NCBI GenBank assembly: GCA_051362555.1
Contig: CM120647.1
Span: forward strand, 10,230,001 to 10,294,000
DNA: 64,000 nucleotides
Direction of reading: 5' to 3'
Origin: Lingula anatina
Lineage: Eukaryota; Animalia; Brachiopoda
Shown: piece after piece, positions 62,101 through 64,000 of the stretch
How the letters are laid out: every line of letters begins with the position of its first letter
Position numbering within the stretch: the first letter of the stretch is position 1
The notes under the pieces: model-generated
Told to the model about the DNA's origin: nothing
Databases searched by the model: none
What the model saw: the letters and a program-made list of their open reading frames with translations, nothing else
Position numbers and translations under genes: made by a program

Positions 62101-63819
62101 TTTATATGGTTCTATTCAGTCATGGGAATTCATATTCAATGCACATAGGTTTCCACGCGAATACTGACGTGACCCAGTTTTACAACACTACTGCTTTCAC
62201 AAAACTTACCCGTAAATCAATAGAAAATCTTCTCCAAGTTTATAAAAACAACGAAGTCCACTTTATTTGCTCCTTTTTTATCAGTGAATATTCGTAAACT
62301 ATAAAAACAAACAACAGGCGGTCTGAATTTCGGAACATGAAGTGACAGAGAAAGTGTATTCTTGACACGTGATTAAATGGTGTCAAGAAAGAGTTGCCTC
62401 GTTTCGCTTCGTCTCTCATACTTCACAGAACTGCGAAAACGAGGCACTCACAGGGAGATAGTAACTGCTGGATATTTTTAGGCATACGCGCATGCGTATT
62501 TCCGTTTCTGCTAAATCAAGTGCTCAGAAGCATGGGAATTACGTATGTAAACAGAAAATGCCATATTTGCTTAGAAATAAATATAATTTTCAGTAAGCAT
62601 GAGTGAAAATATACTTTTTCGTTCCATTCAGCCCAACGAGGCGGTGCATTTGACAAATTTCAGCAAGGCGCTTGCAAATTTCAGCGAGGCGGGCGCCTCG
62701 CTCATTTAAGTGCAGGGGAAACACTGATTTATAAAGCAAATCATTCTTACCTAGTAAAACCTGAAGCTGATAAGTGTTTTCATTTTAATGGGTTCGAAAC
62801 ATTTTAGATAACTCCAACATTCATTCCTCAAAAGACAAAGGAGTTCAAGAAGAGCCCAATATAATACAGCTATGTCTATTTCAACATACATGATGTGTTA
62901 AGAATGGCAATTGTCCAATGGGCTTACCCTTGGTGATATCTGTTCCTCTGTTGATCTCAGCAAACACCCCACTCATAGCAGCAGCTGGAGAGGGACCCGC
63001 GTCCATACCTCCTGGTGGGGGTGGTGGGGGTGGCCCTGGGGGTGGGGGAGGGGGTGGCCCTCCTGCTGGAGGGGGTGGTGGAGCTGCAGGTCCTGCTGCA
63101 GGGGCACTAGATGCATCAATACCCTAGAAATACAAAAACAAGCCATTAGATTGAAATAGCTCTTGGTTAATATATATTAAGGCATATTCAGACCAGGTAC
63201 CATTTAGGCAAGAAATGGATGTAAATGACCAAAATACCCCCATCCATTCATATGTTTAACTGTTAGACCAATTTCCAATCCAAAGCAAGTACTGAAATGA
63301 ATACAGCTGACACCAAATTGAGTTCGCTCAAGTAAGCTGAAATACTATAGCTGTTAAGCCCTAAACAAACTATCTATTGGAAAATCAAATAACTTTTCCT
63401 GTGTTCCATGTAATTCAAGAAGCTAGTGCAGCATTAACATCTAAAATAGGTGCTATGTGCTCTTGTGTTCCATGTGACAAGCAATGCCTGTGTTGTGGAA
63501 CTCCTTGATGTATAAAACAAAGCACGGGACACAGTTATACAGCACTTAACCCCACATTCCATGCAATCCCTTTGTTGTGGAACTCCTTGATGTATAAAAC
63601 AAGGCACGGCACACAGATATACGGCACTTACCCCTGCGCTCCATACAATGCATGTGGTGTGGAAATTCTTGATGTATAAAACAAAGCACGGCACACAGAT
63701 ATACGGCACTTACCCCTGCGTTCCATGCAATCCCTGTGGTGTGGAACTCCTTGATGTAGGCCTGCAGTTCCTTCAGAGTCTCGTTCCAGGCTCTCATCCA
63801 ATCCACATGGGTCTTGTCT
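59125..63819 (-). CDS. CAP1: Adenylyl cyclase-associated protein (CAP/Srv2), 3' half; upstream exons are beyond the window
   Basis: Exons 63819-63714 (HVDW...[12 protein letters not shown]), 63123-62928 (poly-Pro, FAEINRG), 61299-61118 ([24 protein letters not shown]), 60790-60667 ([10 protein letters not shown]), 60211-60129 (NCKKT..VFD..VEFVNC), 59775-59632 (DKTDG...AKSSEMN), 59208-59125 (PEQFKT...TAG). Confidence 0.96.
61464..62726. mobile_element. Non-autonomous hAT-like element, 5-bp TSD ATTTA, in a CAP intron
   Basis: attta|cagtgtttcccctg ... caggggaaacactg|attta, a perfect 14-bp TIR. Confidence 0.8.
63465..63758 (-). repeat. 82-bp tandem repeat copying the CAP exon end, its donor and the intron start (~3.6 units)
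   Basis: The gatgta anchor occurs at 63753, 63671, 63589 and 63507. Confidence 0.9.
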
Positions 63820-64000
63820 CTGGAAAGGGTGACATTTTCATCACATTTATTTAGTCCTTAAAAGTATCCAAAATCTATTGCAAGTTGACAAATATAATAT
63901 AATATAATCTAAAAGCAGATCATTTCTAAACAATTTAAAATTTTTTATCTAAGTTATAATAATTTTCCCCTTTTTATTTTTCACCATCTTTAGGAGACCA

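Noticed and set aside
62911-63159. Gly- or Trp-rich plus-strand ORFs
   Set aside because: They are the antisense of the CAP polyproline exon.

Overview
This is AT-rich, intron-rich animal genomic DNA. The repeat content suggests a lophotrochozoan or mollusc-like invertebrate (inference). It holds five spliced protein-coding genes in alternating orientation: kynureninase KYNU (-, last exon off the left edge), FAF2/UBXD8 (+, complete, ~446 aa), 3-hydroxyacyl-CoA dehydratase HACD (-, complete, ~228 aa), a long ERICH3/DUF4590 gene (+, ~1421 aa) and adenylyl-cyclase-associated protein CAP (-, 5' part off the right edge). The ERICH3 gene unusually continues in frame through a 9-aa Ser/Lys/Asp repeat tract into a C-terminal ribonuclease-inhibitor-type LRR domain. 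KYNU/FAF2 and HACD/ERICH3 are head-to-head; FAF2/HACD and ERICH3/CAP are tail-to-tail. Introns contain two structurally complete Helentron-associated elements (HINEs, with 146-bp and 161-bp core arrays), decayed RTE LINEs, PIF/Harbinger MITEs and CAG...CTG elements with 5-bp TSDs. The most notable observations are four. (1) The ERICH3-repeat-LRR architecture. (2) A candidate duplicated alternative exon in ERICH3. (3) Short tandem duplications that copy exon/intron junctions ('echo' splice sites), seen in all five genes. (4) A 126-bp satellite with a ~1.8-kb higher-order duplication that appears to derive from a decayed B-box-like coding fragment bracketed by HINE pieces. All coordinates were read by eye and no database searches were run.
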